Below, in pieces: positions 47,596 through 57,677 of a stretch of 64,000 nt of DNA. The stretch is from positions 1 through 64,000 of IMG/VR virus record IMGVR_UViG_3300042484_002457; one strand, written 5' to 3'. Every line of letters starts with the position of its first letter. Position 1 is the first letter of the stretch. The translations under genes were made by a program, and so were the position numbers. A model generated the notes under the pieces. It had not been told where the DNA came from and did not search any database. It worked only from the letters and a program-made list of their open reading frames with translations.

Positions 47596-49706
47596 TGGTA
47601 CAAAGTATTGTATCGCCTTTACAGCTTACCGCTGCTGCTAGCCTGTTGCAAAATCAAGGTCTGCGGTCCCTGCCCACAAGTTTGACCGCAGCAATCCATG
47701 CATACAATGCAACCACGCTGGCCATCAATATAAAGTCTGCACTGGATTGGTACAAAGCACAAGCATTTTACACTGAGTCTACTTTTGATGCTTTGCTAAG
47801 TTTGGGCAGCACAACATGCCCTGCACTGGGAAACTCTATTCCTGCTGGTGCCCTAGGCACTTTTGCGTACCTTGATCAAGAATATCTTACCAACAACCCT
47901 CCCGACGATGGCAGTACCTTTCAACCATCAGGATTTACAAATCTAATAGAACAAGTGGCCAGCGCATACCTGGGCAATGGCAGTGCAGCAAAGTTTGCTC
48001 AAGGATTCATGGGCGTAGTAGGATATACCAACACAGTAAATCAATTTATTACCAGCAGTGTCAATGCCAACGAATATCTTGGCCCAACATTTGCTGGCAT
48101 GGACGCACTGACCACTGCCAGCATCAGCGCAATTAATCCTGTGTTTGATCGTTTTGGCACTGACATTGCTCGCCAAGGCAACCTTGTAAATTTGGCCAAC
48201 CTTGACAATTACGGAACGCCCAGCGCATTGATACAGCAAATAAGCAAGCTGGCAAAACTGCAGGGAAGAACTTTGCCTGCAATTCAAAGTGCGCTGATTC
48301 GCGTGGGTGTTACCACAGACGAAATCAAAGACATTGTTGACAACAATCGAGCCAGTTTGCTCAACCCCAATGGCCTAACACAAAATCAGTGGGACCGACT
48401 ACAAAAGCGAGCATATCAAGGTTTCAGTCAACTCAAGGGCGCTGAACTACAGCAAGTGTTAGACATATTAGATGTTACCACCCCCAACATCACCAGCTTG
48501 GATCAGTTACTGGATCCAACAAAAACGTTTCCCTTGAGCTATCCCACCATGCAGACATTGTCTCCAGAAGGCTCAATTTTTATTTTTTCGCCTGACGGCA
48601 GTGTTAATTCCAGCATTACACCTGTTGTAGATTTGTATCTGCCCACAGCAACTGGTTGCGATGAACTGGGAAAAATTATTCCACAGGCCGACGCCACAGC
48701 AAACAAGGCCATACAAGTGGCTTTACAAAACGTTCCCAACATAACAGCCACAACTTGGCCTGATTTTGGCAATAGCATATCTGGCAACAACAATATTGTA
48801 ACTGGGTTTACAAATACAGAATGGACTCCAGACCAAGAGTATTTGCCAAATCAAATTGTGGCGGTAGCGTCTGGCGAACTCAATTTGTATTATCAAAGTC
48901 AACAAGATGTACCTGTGGGTGTTAACATAACCAACACCAGTTACTGGGAACCTATCAGCCTGGGTGGTCTTGTGACCATGGAAGGATTAGATCTAATTCA
49001 AGCACAGACCACAGCAGTGTATCCCAGTGTTACTGATTATTTTTCCACTGAAGTTGCAAACGGTTCAGGCGCCTACGGTACAATTACTATTCTTGATGTT
49101 CTTGGAGTGACCTTGGATAGTGGTGACTTTGCAACCAAGCTCAATTCAGTAACTGCCAAGATTGACGCATTACAAACTGCTGGCACATTAAACACACTAA
49201 ACACCATATTATCAACAACATTACAGGCACAAATCAATGATGCCGGAGTATTAACTCAAATCGCCGCAGCAAACGCAGCCATTAATGGTATTTCATCCAC
49301 TGACAAAGATTTATTAAACAGTTATTGGATACCAATGGCCACAGCATTGAATTTCTCAGCAAAGATTGTACAAGAAGCTGGTATAGATTACTTTGTGTTG
49401 ACTGGGGCAGAAAATGTTTCAGTATATTCATTTGTTCAGTCATTGTCAACCTATGCTGCTAATGATACTCCTGGTGGCACCTGGGATTATCTAAGTCAAA
49501 TAGCTGATACTGATACTCTTGGCGGACAAGCAATAGTGGGTTGTTTACGCGAAGCCAATAATAGAAATAGATTAGATCAAACTCAAATCAGGAGTCGACC
49601 ACCAACAGAAATACCAGTTGGTGCAGTACCTGGGGGTAATTTTGTTACTCCTGCCCCTGACAGCGAATTATACAGTACATACCCACAAAATATTAGTCAA
49701 ATCTAA
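47595..49706 (+). CDS. Large probable baseplate/tail protein
   Basis: 703 aa, coupled to PAAR, followed by a terminator. Confidence 0.55.
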   Translation: MVQSIVSPLQLTAAASLLQNQGLRSLPTSLTAAIHAYNATTLAINIKSALDWYKAQAFYTESTFDALLSLGSTTCPALGNSIPAGALGTFAYLDQEYLTNNPPDDGSTFQPSGFTNLIEQVASAYLGNGSAAKFAQGFMGVVGYTNTVNQFITSSVNANEYLGPTFAGMDALTTASISAINPVFDRFGTDIARQGNLVNLANLDNYGTPSALIQQISKLAKLQGRTLPAIQSALIRVGVTTDEIKDIVDNNRASLLNPNGLTQNQWDRLQKRAYQGFSQLKGAELQQVLDILDVTTPNITSLDQLLDPTKTFPLSYPTMQTLSPEGSIFIFSPDGSVNSSITPVVDLYLPTATGCDELGKIIPQADATANKAIQVALQNVPNITATTWPDFGNSISGNNNIVTGFTNTEWTPDQEYLPNQIVAVASGELNLYYQSQQDVPVGVNITNTSYWEPISLGGLVTMEGLDLIQAQTTAVYPSVTDYFSTEVANGSGAYGTITILDVLGVTLDSGDFATKLNSVTAKIDALQTAGTLNTLNTILSTTLQAQINDAGVLTQIAAANAAINGISSTDKDLLNSYWIPMATALNFSAKIVQEAGIDYFVLTGAENVSVYSFVQSLSTYAANDTPGGTWDYLSQIADTDTLGGQAIVGCLREANNRNRLDQTQIRSRPPTEIPVGAVPGGNFVTPAPDSELYSTYPQNISQI

Positions 49707-49726
49707 AAATAATACTCTAGTACTAC

Positions 49727-49758
49727 AAAGACCCTGCAAGCAGCAGGGTCTTTCTTTT
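49727..49758 (+). terminator. Rho-independent terminator
   Basis: AAAGACCCTGC-aagca-GCAGGGTCTTT-CTTTT. Confidence 0.88.
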
Positions 49759-49760
49759 GG

Positions 49761-49789
49761 TTGACCCAAATTTTCCAATTTGCTATAAT
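49761..49789 (+). promoter_or_regulatory. sigma70-like early promoter
   Basis: TTGACC-N17-TATAAT; spacer nearly identical to the one at 16289. Confidence 0.85.
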
Positions 49790-49819
49790 AGTGGCATACA
49801 AAGCAAAAAGGAGACCAAA

Positions 49820-49963
49820 ATGACCATAGCAGATTTGATAGCACTATTGCAACAATTGCCACAAGATGCAGACGTTTGGGTTTCGCAGAACGGTGGCGAG
49901 TATTTGGGAGACATGAGCGGTGACGTTGATGTCCAAGACGGTCGCGTGATATTTTTGGATTAA
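49820..49963 (+). CDS. Small early hypothetical protein
   Basis: AAGGAG SD; MTIADLIALLQQLPQDA. Confidence 0.7.
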   Translation: MTIADLIALLQQLPQDADVWVSQNGGEYLGDMSGDVDVQDGRVIFLD

Positions 49964-49973
49964 GGAGACTGAT

Positions 49974-50108
49974 ATGAGTTTACTCAGAGGCGGAAAGACA
50001 GGTGCTGATCCCGGACTTTTGCAGGACGATTCTAGGGCCCTGTTCCGCTGGTTTGCTTCGCGGTTGGACTCTCGCTGGACACTCCGCAGAGTCTTGACAG
50101 AATATTGA
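49974..50108 (+). CDS. Small hypothetical protein (44 aa, not in ORF track)
   Basis: TAAGGAG SD; MSLLRGGKTGADPGLLQDDSRALFRWFASR... Confidence 0.6.
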   Translation: MSLLRGGKTGADPGLLQDDSRALFRWFASRLDSRWTLRRVLTEY

Positions 50109-50122
50109 TTTGGTGTTATAAT
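50094..50122 (+). promoter_or_regulatory. sigma70-like early promoter
   Basis: TTGACA-N17-TATAAT with extended TG. Confidence 0.85.
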
Positions 50123-50151
50123 ACAAACTGTTCACTAACTAGGAGCTCTCA

Positions 50152-50433
50152 ATGTCCGATCTCACTATTCAACAAGTTAACTCTGCAATCATGTTTGGTA
50201 AATTTACCAACACTGAACTCACCAGCATCATCGACGCTGTGAAATATGCCCGGGCTCAACTCACACAGAAAACCAAACGTAGCCTGTTCCTGGGAGACAC
50301 TGTGAAATTTACCAGCACCAAGAACGGCTTGACATTTGTTGGCACAGTGAGCAAGATTGCTATCAAGTATGTAACAGTTCATACCCAGCAAGGCTTGTGG
50401 AAAGTGCCAGCCAACATGTTGGAGGCAGTATAA
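50152..50433 (+). CDS. Hypothetical protein (SH3-like C-terminus)
   Basis: AGGAG SD; GD.VKF...G.V.KI..K...V....W.V.A.ML. Confidence 0.7.
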   Translation: MSDLTIQQVNSAIMFGKFTNTELTSIIDAVKYARAQLTQKTKRSLFLGDTVKFTSTKNGLTFVGTVSKIAIKYVTVHTQQGLWKVPANMLEAV

Positions 50434-50786
50434 TGGGCCTGGATATGTATGCATATGTTGGCACCAAAGGCCAGCGCGATGATTACTATGACAACCGAGA
50501 AATTGCTTACTGGCGCAAGCACCCTAACCTGCATGGTTGGATGCAACGTCTTTGGGAAAGCCAAGGCAACTCGGGTGACTTCAATGGCGACGAACTTGAA
50601 CTGACTTGGGCAGATCTTGATGCGCTGGAACAGGCAGTAACACACGGGCAGTTGCCTGCCACAGGTGGATTCTTTTTTGGCAACAATGCTGACGAGCACT
50701 ATCGCAAAAGTGACTTGGAGTTCATCAAGCATGCTCGTGCTGAGTTGTTCTTGGGACTCCGAGTGTTCTACAATAGTTCGTGGTGA
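50433..50786 (+). CDS. Phage hypothetical protein
   Basis: MGLDMY...YWRKH..LH.WM...GFFFG...FY.SSW. Confidence 0.75.
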   Translation: MGLDMYAYVGTKGQRDDYYDNREIAYWRKHPNLHGWMQRLWESQGNSGDFNGDELELTWADLDALEQAVTHGQLPATGGFFFGNNADEHYRKSDLEFIKHARAELFLGLRVFYNSSW

Positions 50787-50796
50787 AAGCGTAAAT

Positions 50797-52173
50797 ATGA
50801 TTAATGAAATTGACTTTAGCAACAATCGGTTTGAGGGTGTAATGGCCGCAGGATGGATCCGCGATCTTGAATCCAGCGACAGTAGAATTCACAAAGAAAA
50901 AACAATTGAAAAAGCCTTGATGGCTGCAAAACTGGGCAGTACAGACGCACAGATTTTCTTGTTCAACTGCTATCAGGCCTACAATCCTTTCTACACATTC
51001 AATGTGCGGCAAGTGCCAGAAACGTCGGATCTAACTGGCCGCGACAATCCTTGGCCAGTGTTCTGGGCCTTGTTGGAAAATCTACGCACCCGTGGTATCA
51101 CAGGACACCGTGCTCGTGATCGTATTCAAGAAGTAGCTGAACAGTTTGACTCAGACGAGTGGAATAACTTGGCCCGCAGAGTGATCATCAAAGATCTGCG
51201 TTGCGGCATCAGTGAAAAAACCATCAACAAAGTTGTAGGCAACACAGAGTGGCGGATCCCGGTGTTTAGTGTGCAGTTGGCTCAGGACAGTGCTGGACAG
51301 CCCAAAAAGATGAAGGGTATCAAGCGCCTGGAGGTCAAACTAGACGGCGTTCGTGTGGTGGCTGTGGTACAGGGCGATGTTTGCACACTGTACAGCCGCA
51401 ATGGCAAGGTGTTTGAAAACTTCCCGCAGATTGCTGAAGCCATTGAAGCCAACCGCAAGGCGTTTCAATACGGTCGCGGCACCGGTGGCCAATTTGTACT
51501 GGACGGTGAAATTGTGGGCGAGAGCTTTCAAAAGCTCATGAAACAGGCACATCGCAAGAGTGATGCCGAAACTTCGGGTATGGTGTATCATATTTTTGAT
51601 GTGTTGCCCCTGGATGCACTCAAAGAAGGTCATTGGAATGTGAAACAACAAGCTCGCCTGGAATGGTTGGACAGTGCCAAATTGGCCTTAGAAGAGACTG
51701 ACAACCTGCGAATTATGCCGGGCATGGATGTAGACTTGGACACAGCAGAAGGACATGACATCATGCGCCGATTTGCTGAAGCATCAGTGAAACAGGGCTA
51801 CGAAGGCATCATGATCAAGAATCTGGATGCACCTTATCTCTGCAAGCGTAGCGATTCATGGATGAAATGGAAACCCACCATCACTGTGGACTTGACCATT
51901 GTGGGGTTTGAAGAAGGCACTGGTCGCAATGAGGGTCGGTTGGGTGCTATAATTTACGAAGGAGTTGACAATGAACGAAATATTCGGGTTAATGTTGGTA
52001 CTGGTTATAGTGATAGCGATCGTGATGAGTTTTGGGCTGCACGGCATCGGCTACTTGGTGTCATCGGTGAAGTTGAAGCTGATGCAGTTACGCAAAACCA
52101 AGACGGAACATACTCACTAAGATTCCCCCGTCACAAACGATTCCGTGGATTTGAACCTGGAGAAAAATTATGA
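50797..52173 (+). CDS. ATP-dependent DNA ligase
   Basis: KLDG, SRNG, LDGEI, IFD, EGIMIK, W.KWK, SLRFP. Confidence 0.93.
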   Translation: MINEIDFSNNRFEGVMAAGWIRDLESSDSRIHKEKTIEKALMAAKLGSTDAQIFLFNCYQAYNPFYTFNVRQVPETSDLTGRDNPWPVFWALLENLRTRGITGHRARDRIQEVAEQFDSDEWNNLARRVIIKDLRCGISEKTINKVVGNTEWRIPVFSVQLAQDSAGQPKKMKGIKRLEVKLDGVRVVAVVQGDVCTLYSRNGKVFENFPQIAEAIEANRKAFQYGRGTGGQFVLDGEIVGESFQKLMKQAHRKSDAETSGMVYHIFDVLPLDALKEGHWNVKQQARLEWLDSAKLALEETDNLRIMPGMDVDLDTAEGHDIMRRFAEASVKQGYEGIMIKNLDAPYLCKRSDSWMKWKPTITVDLTIVGFEEGTGRNEGRLGAIIYEGVDNERNIRVNVGTGYSDSDRDEFWAARHRLLGVIGEVEADAVTQNQDGTYSLRFPRHKRFRGFEPGEKL

Positions 52174-52400
52174 GCAAACGCATTGGACCTATTACATTGG
52201 ACGGCGACGCAGCTGATCGCATCACTGTGCTCACGCTGAAAGAACAACGATCCTACCTCAAGAAAGAACTTGCAGAGTGGAAGAAAAATCCACGTACAGA
52301 TACCAATCCTGAGGGTGTTTGGATGCACCCTGAAGACGTGGAACTCAACACTCGCATGATTGAATCGTTGAACACTGTGATCAAATACTTTGGCGGATAA
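52170..52400 (+). CDS. Hypothetical protein
   Basis: 76 aa, coupled to the ligase. Confidence 0.65.
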   Translation: MSKRIGPITLDGDAADRITVLTLKEQRSYLKKELAEWKKNPRTDTNPEGVWMHPEDVELNTRMIESLNTVIKYFGG

Positions 52401-53034
52401 ATGAACAACGATCAAAGTGCCAACGAGTCATAGCAGATATTCCTCCAGTTTTGCTGCAATGCGGGCAAGTGGCTAATGGTTTAGATTTTCCTCTATTGCT
52501 ATTACCAATTTTTTCTTTTGTTTCTTCAGAAATAACTTGCAACGATCTTGCCGCCTTAATTTTTTGTTTAGTTTCATTGGTATGAGCTCGGTGGTGTCCG
52601 GTCCCTTTTCCAGTTCTTCCTTTGCTAATTTTTATCCTATCACCAACTGATCGAGTCTTGCCTTTCCAGAAACCAACTGCACCCTTGTGTCCTTTGTTCG
52701 GAGGGGGTCGTCCAAGCCCTGCAATAGAAATCTTATTTCTTGATTCGGCGCTTAATTTTCCTCGGGCATCACCAGTTTCTTCTTTAAGATTAGCCCATTC
52801 ATTGCTTTCGACTATATTCCAAAGATTACTATAAAACAATCCCCAGTATGAAAATTCATCTTTAGTATGACACTCTTTTATAATTTCTGTGCGATAATCT
52901 TTTCCGTGTTTTTTTAAATGTGATTTCCAATAAGTGCCTGATCCAGGATACTTGTGAGGATCTTTTGACTCGGTCTTGCCAAGATATTTGAGACCAGTAA
53001 CATTGTGGGTTTTGACGTACAGGTAAATAGTCAT
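52381..53034 (-). mobile_element. Free-standing GIY-YIG (Seg-like) homing endonuclease with NUMOD3 and C-terminal Zn ribbon
   Basis: IYLYVKTH..TGLKYLGKT, Y.GSG.YW..HL.KHG, WANL.EE.G; CPHC...RWHFDRC; antisense to the operon. Confidence 0.85.
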
Positions 53035-53103
53035 GCTGATTGCTCCTTGTTAGCGTTAGAGTAGTTGGGGAGGTGAGATACCCGCGAACTACACTTCTAT
53101 TTA
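53035..53103 (-). promoter_or_regulatory. Conserved two-hairpin endonuclease leader, copy C, with TAAATA promoter
   Basis: TAAATA-GAAGT-GTAGTT-CGC-GGG-tatctcacct-CCC-C-AACTAC-TCTAAC-GCT-aacaagg-AGC-A-ATCAGC-ATG. Confidence 0.8.
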
Positions 53104-53107
53104 TCTC

Positions 53108-53136
53108 TTGACTTTAATCTACGTGTTGTGTATAAT
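53108..53136 (+). promoter_or_regulatory. sigma70-like early promoter
   Basis: TTGACT-N17-TATAAT. Confidence 0.8.
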
Positions 53137-53163
53137 GTAAGTTCAAACATTGAAAGGCATGTT

Positions 53164-53562
53164 ATGCGTATAGGATTGAGTCTTAGTCGTTGCGTTCGCG
53201 ATATTGTTGAGGGTCAAGTCAACATTGATGATGTGTTGATACTGATCACTCGCACTGACTTTGACCCTACAGTTCCGGAACAATGGGACAGCATTTGGGA
53301 TGGGTACACCTCAATGAATCCTGAGTGGTACGGCCTGGAGCATGACGCTGTGTACGCAGTTGTTATGAAGTTGTGGTCCACTGGTCGCATTCATCAACCC
53401 CGCAAGTTTGGATATAATCCACCTCGCCGGCGAGAGTTTTGGCTGGAAACTGTGTTGCCTGATTCAGAACTGGCGTCGCGTCCTGCTGTGAAAGAAGCTT
53501 GGGATCAGTTTCAAATGCTAGCCGGTCTTACCAACACCAAACTGGACAAGAACTATCAATGA
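53164..53562 (+). CDS. Hypothetical protein
   Basis: MRIGLSLSRCVRDIV...GRIHQPR.FG. Confidence 0.7.
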   Translation: MRIGLSLSRCVRDIVEGQVNIDDVLILITRTDFDPTVPEQWDSIWDGYTSMNPEWYGLEHDAVYAVVMKLWSTGRIHQPRKFGYNPPRRREFWLETVLPDSELASRPAVKEAWDQFQMLAGLTNTKLDKNYQ

Positions 53563-53861
53563 ACTACGAACATATCGGTTGGTGTCGTGAAGGTACCTCT
53601 GACAAAGTATGGGGAGCTATCTGTTTGAGTCACTCAGGGACATCCTATGGTGACAACAAGTATGTTACCTTTTGGGGTCGCCGTGGTAAAAAACTTCAAA
53701 CTAAAATTGTTGAAGGTAATAACTGGACAATCAATTTGATGTTTATTAAGAAACAAGACAAGGGATACGTTTCAGTTGATATCAAAAGACTCAACGAAGT
53801 GTATCCAGAGTTCCAACAAGATTTAGAAAAGACTGCCTTCTGGGCAACATTACGAGCATGA
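53559..53861 (+). CDS. WGR-domain-like protein
   Basis: SDKVW...FWGRRG...K..KGY. Confidence 0.65.
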   Translation: MNYEHIGWCREGTSDKVWGAICLSHSGTSYGDNKYVTFWGRRGKKLQTKIVEGNNWTINLMFIKKQDKGYVSVDIKRLNEVYPEFQQDLEKTAFWATLRA

Positions 53862-54325
53862 AAAAAGTCTACTATGTCAAAGAGGGTCGCAGGTACAAAC
53901 CAGTGGCCGAGTACGACAATGATCTTATGGATAGTTTTCACAAAGGTGCTCATCTTGTGATGGTATATCCAGGCGGCCAGTCTCGCCGTTTTAACATTGA
54001 CCCAAATTATGCTGCTATGATTGCAGCTGGCCGAGTGGCCGAGGATGCTATGTGCAAGGCCATGATGGAGTCTAGCGAATTAAGACCACAGCGAACTCCA
54101 TTGACCCCTGGTCAACTAAGGGCATGGAAAAAATTAGCCAAAGAGTTCGGGGAAGAACTCTGCACTCTACAAGGTTCAAGCACACGTGACATTGTAGAAG
54201 CCGGAGTGCAGGCCATGCAGGCCGAAGCTGATCTTCTGATGCAACACCCAGCGGTTCAAGATGCATATCAGCAGTTTCAACTGGTGTGTGAATTAGTAAA
54301 GCACAAAGATTGCCATACCGATTGA
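53858..54325 (+). CDS. Hypothetical protein
   Basis: 155 aa, ATGA overlap. Confidence 0.7.
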   Translation: MKKVYYVKEGRRYKPVAEYDNDLMDSFHKGAHLVMVYPGGQSRRFNIDPNYAAMIAAGRVAEDAMCKAMMESSELRPQRTPLTPGQLRAWKKLAKEFGEELCTLQGSSTRDIVEAGVQAMQAEADLLMQHPAVQDAYQQFQLVCELVKHKDCHTD

Positions 54326-54351
54326 CCTCAGTACCAATGCTGTTGTATAAT
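54322..54351 (+). promoter_or_regulatory. sigma70-like promoter
   Basis: TTGACC-N18-TATAAT. Confidence 0.7.
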
Positions 54352-54357
54352 TACTGT

Positions 54358-54540
54358 GCATAGCGTTGGACCTGGCCAGGATATTATGGTTGCCAAACGG
54401 AAGCAAGGATAGCTTTAAGTCGACCCTTGCTATTATCTGTGGCTCTTTGGTGTAAATCCATGAGGTGTGGCACTGTCCTAGACGCAAGTCAAAACCTGGC
54501 TGATACCCGGGAGTAAGCCCATTAGGATAAAACAGTGAAA
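54358..54540 (+). ncRNA. Candidate structured ncRNA or cis-regulatory leader (~180 nt)
   Basis: Six predicted helices, a T-loop-like TGGTGTAAATCCA, a GNRA loop (GAC-GCAA-GTC) and a 7-bp long-range pseudoknot, in an ORF-free gap after a promoter. Confidence 0.55.
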
Positions 54541-54547
54541 GGACTTT

Positions 54548-54871
54548 ATGTCTGTTAATATTGAAACCGCTGCCGGTAACGGTACGTTGCAGTCTCTTGA
54601 CCCGCTTAAAACAACGACCGATGCTATGCACCTATATCGCGTCGTGGTTGAATTGGAAAATACTGATGAATGGTATGCCATCATCCGCGAAGCACAACGA
54701 CTGTTTGGCCCTGGAAACTGGGACAGTCAACCCAGAGTAAAACGCAAGCTAGAACGCAATCGCTGGACCCAAGCCAAGGTTCGAGTTTGGTTTGATGTTC
54801 CTGAGGTCAGTTTTGGTACCTGGGTTGGTGTTAAACTAGCAGTTAGGGTGCTGAGTGTGGCCAATAAATAA
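54548..54871 (+). CDS. Hypothetical protein
   Basis: AAGGA SD; 107 aa. Confidence 0.65.
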   Translation: MSVNIETAAGNGTLQSLDPLKTTTDAMHLYRVVVELENTDEWYAIIREAQRLFGPGNWDSQPRVKRKLERNRWTQAKVRVWFDVPEVSFGTWVGVKLAVRVLSVANK

Positions 54872-54875
54872 TCTT

Positions 54876-56261
54876 ATGTTCCTCAGTTATATTACTTTGG
54901 CAGTTGCACTAAGCCTGTCAGTTATTGCCGCCTACTACTCCATTGCTGGCCTCACCGCAATCTTTGCCGCTGCTGTGATCCCTATTGTGATCATGGGTGG
55001 CATATTGGAAGTGGGCAAAGTTGTAGTTACCCTGTGGCTGCACGAGTACTGGCAACAGTGTCGTTTGCTGATGAAAATGTACCTGGTTCCAGCTGTGGCT
55101 GTGCTGATGCTGATCACCAGCATGGGCATTTTTGGTTTCTTGAGCAAGGCACACAGTGATCAAAGCATGGTATCAGGAGACGTGCAGGCCAAGATTGCAG
55201 TCTACGACGAAAAAATAAAAGTATCACAGGACAACATTGATGTTAATCGCAAAGCACTTAAACAGCTCGATGAGGCGGTGGATCAAAGCATGGCACGCTC
55301 GACAACAGAAACGGGTGCTGACAAAGCAGTGGCCATCCGTAAGTCGCAAGCAAAAGAAAGATCTAGACTACTGGCTGAAATTGCAGCCGAACAGAAAACA
55401 ATTAGTGCTCTTAGACAAGAACGAGCACCCATATCGGCCGAAGTACGAAAGGTTGAAGCCGAAGTTGGACCTATAAAATACATAGCCAAGTTGATCTACG
55501 GGGACAACCCCGATGCCAACCTGCTGGAAAAAGCAGTGACCTGGGTTATCATTGTGATTGTTGCGGTGTTTGATCCATTGGCTATCATGATGTTGTTGGC
55601 TGCAACAGAAAGTTTGAAGTGGGGGCGAGAAAAGCGATTGGCGCCGCAACCAACAGAATCCAACAGTGAACCAGAAGTAGAGGAACAGCCACCTGCAGAA
55701 CCAGAACCTGAAAAATCTATACTGGAACAACATCCGTACCTTACCCAAGGATTTGCGCACTTTACAGACTTGCAGCCCATAGTACACAAACCTGAGCCAA
55801 AAATTGATCCAGTGCCGGTTGAAGTTGCTCAGTCAGTAGAAGATGAAGAAGAGCGACCTGAGGTACAAGATGCAATTCGTCGATGGAAAGCAGAGAATCC
55901 CAACGACACATTGAAAAATCAGCGAGCACGCCTGGCACGTGGGGAAATTGACGAGCTGCCTTGGATGCAGTTGATCCAAGTATTGCCAGCTGCCACTAAC
56001 TCAGGGTATGGGAATCAGTTCCCGGGTAATGCCAACAAAGGCGACATATTTGTAAGAATTGACAAACTGCCCAATTTGGTCTATAAGTACAATGGTAATA
56101 ACTGGATTAAAATTGACAAAAATCTAACAGACAGTTACACTTATGATGTTGCCTACATTGATCACCTAATTGACAGAATCAGTTGTGGTGAGTACGACAC
56201 CGAGCTTTTGAGCGAAAGCGAAAAAGAACAAGTTAAACAACGTTTAGAAAATCGAGCATGA
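54876..56261 (+). CDS. Membrane-anchored coiled-coil protein
   Basis: N-terminal TM helices (AAYYSIAGL, TSMGIFGFLSKAH), coiled coil, EAEVGPIKYIA, TM VFDPLA; TAAATA 5 nt upstream. Confidence 0.75.
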   Translation: MFLSYITLAVALSLSVIAAYYSIAGLTAIFAAAVIPIVIMGGILEVGKVVVTLWLHEYWQQCRLLMKMYLVPAVAVLMLITSMGIFGFLSKAHSDQSMVSGDVQAKIAVYDEKIKVSQDNIDVNRKALKQLDEAVDQSMARSTTETGADKAVAIRKSQAKERSRLLAEIAAEQKTISALRQERAPISAEVRKVEAEVGPIKYIAKLIYGDNPDANLLEKAVTWVIIVIVAVFDPLAIMMLLAATESLKWGREKRLAPQPTESNSEPEVEEQPPAEPEPEKSILEQHPYLTQGFAHFTDLQPIVHKPEPKIDPVPVEVAQSVEDEEERPEVQDAIRRWKAENPNDTLKNQRARLARGEIDELPWMQLIQVLPAATNSGYGNQFPGNANKGDIFVRIDKLPNLVYKYNGNNWIKIDKNLTDSYTYDVAYIDHLIDRISCGEYDTELLSESEKEQVKQRLENRA

Positions 56262-57460
56262 AACAAACTGAAACCCAAGATACTTGCAACTTTTGCGGTA
56301 AACACAAAGATGCAGTGGCCAAGCTCATAGTAGGTGAAGATGTGGCCATCTGCAATGAGTGTGTGGAGTTGTGCCAAACGTTGTTGAAAGACGACACACC
56401 AGTCAAAGCTGCTGTTAATGCAATCCTAGATCCACTAAAAGTCAAACAACATCTAGACCAATACGTGATTGGACAAACACGAGCCAAGCAGTTGTTGAGC
56501 GTGGCTATTGTAAACCACTACAAGCGCATCAATAACCCCAATCCTGAAACTGAAATTGAAAAGACCAACATCCTCATGCTTGGCCCCACAGGCTCAGGAA
56601 AAACTTTGTTGGCTCGCAGTGTAGCACGTTATCTTGACGTGCCCTTTGTTATTGCTGATGCCACCAGTTTGACCGAAGCTGGTTATGTAGGCGATGATGT
56701 AGAAAGCTTGATCTCAAGACTTTTTGCTGCCGCTGAATACAGTGTTGAACGTTGCCAGCGTGGCATTGTGTTCATTGACGAAATTGACAAAATTAGTCGT
56801 CGCAGCGAAAGTGCCAGTATCACACGAGATGTCAGCGGCGAGGGTGTTCAGCAGGCCCTGCTCAAGCTGGTAGAAGGCACCAAGTGCCGCATCACTCCAC
56901 AGGGCGGGCGCAAGCACCCATCAGGTGAGACCGTGGAAATTGACACCACAAACATTTTGTTCATTGCTGGCGGAGCATTTGTGGGACTGGACAATCTTGT
57001 CAAGAGTCGTATCAAGGGCACCAGCATTGGGTTTAATGCACAGGTGGTCAAGGACTCCAAGCCCAGCTTGGATCATACCACACCTGAAGACCTTATCAAG
57101 TTTGGCATGATTCCTGAGTTTGTGGGGCGTTTCCCCAGTTGGGTGGCACTCAGTGAGCTTTCCAAGCAGGATCTTGTGCACATTCTGCAAGACGTCAAGC
57201 ACAGCTATGTGTCGCAGTATTCATGGTTGTTTGGTGTTGACGAAATTGAACTGGACTTTACACCTGAAAGCCTGGATCTCATTGCTGAACGCACTCTTGC
57301 TAACAAAACTGGAGCTCGTGGGCTGCACAGTGAACTAGAACGTGTGTTGCTGCCACACATGTTTTACCTTGCAGAGTATCGCAGACAAGGCATCAAGACC
57401 GTGACAATTGACGTTGAGCAAGTAAATACTCCAAAGGAGCTTCGAGTTGTAAATGGGTAA
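56258..57460 (+). CDS. clpX: ClpX ATPase
   Basis: C4 Zn-binding domain, [12 protein letters not shown] pore loop, [23 protein letters not shown] loop, GARGL. Confidence 0.96.
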   Translation: MKQTETQDTCNFCGKHKDAVAKLIVGEDVAICNECVELCQTLLKDDTPVKAAVNAILDPLKVKQHLDQYVIGQTRAKQLLSVAIVNHYKRINNPNPETEIEKTNILMLGPTGSGKTLLARSVARYLDVPFVIADATSLTEAGYVGDDVESLISRLFAAAEYSVERCQRGIVFIDEIDKISRRSESASITRDVSGEGVQQALLKLVEGTKCRITPQGGRKHPSGETVEIDTTNILFIAGGAFVGLDNLVKSRIKGTSIGFNAQVVKDSKPSLDHTTPEDLIKFGMIPEFVGRFPSWVALSELSKQDLVHILQDVKHSYVSQYSWLFGVDEIELDFTPESLDLIAERTLANKTGARGLHSELERVLLPHMFYLAEYRRQGIKTVTIDVEQVNTPKELRVVNG

Positions 57461-57677
57461 ACTTTATGGTAGATCAGTGTTGGTACAAGACGGCCAAGTT
57501 GATCGAGCACTGCGTAAATTAAAAAAGAAGGTACAGGCATCAGGTTTGATGGAAGAGCTGCAACAACGAGCACACTACATCAAACCCACAACGGCCCGCA
57601 AAATCCAGGCAGGCGCTGCAAGATCGCGCTGGCGCAAAAAGCTTCGTGAGCAAGAACTGCCTAAAAAACTGTACTAA
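57453..57677 (+). CDS. rpsU: Ribosomal protein bS21
   Basis: V.V....VDRALRKLKKKV...G...EL..R.HY.KPT..R. Confidence 0.88.
   Translation: MGKLYGRSVLVQDGQVDRALRKLKKKVQASGLMEELQQRAHYIKPTTARKIQAGAARSRWRKKLREQELPKKLY

Noticed and set aside
54358-54540. tRNA or tmRNA
   Set aside because: No cloverleaf, no GTTC(G/A)A T-arm with acceptor stem, and no tag reading frame recognised.
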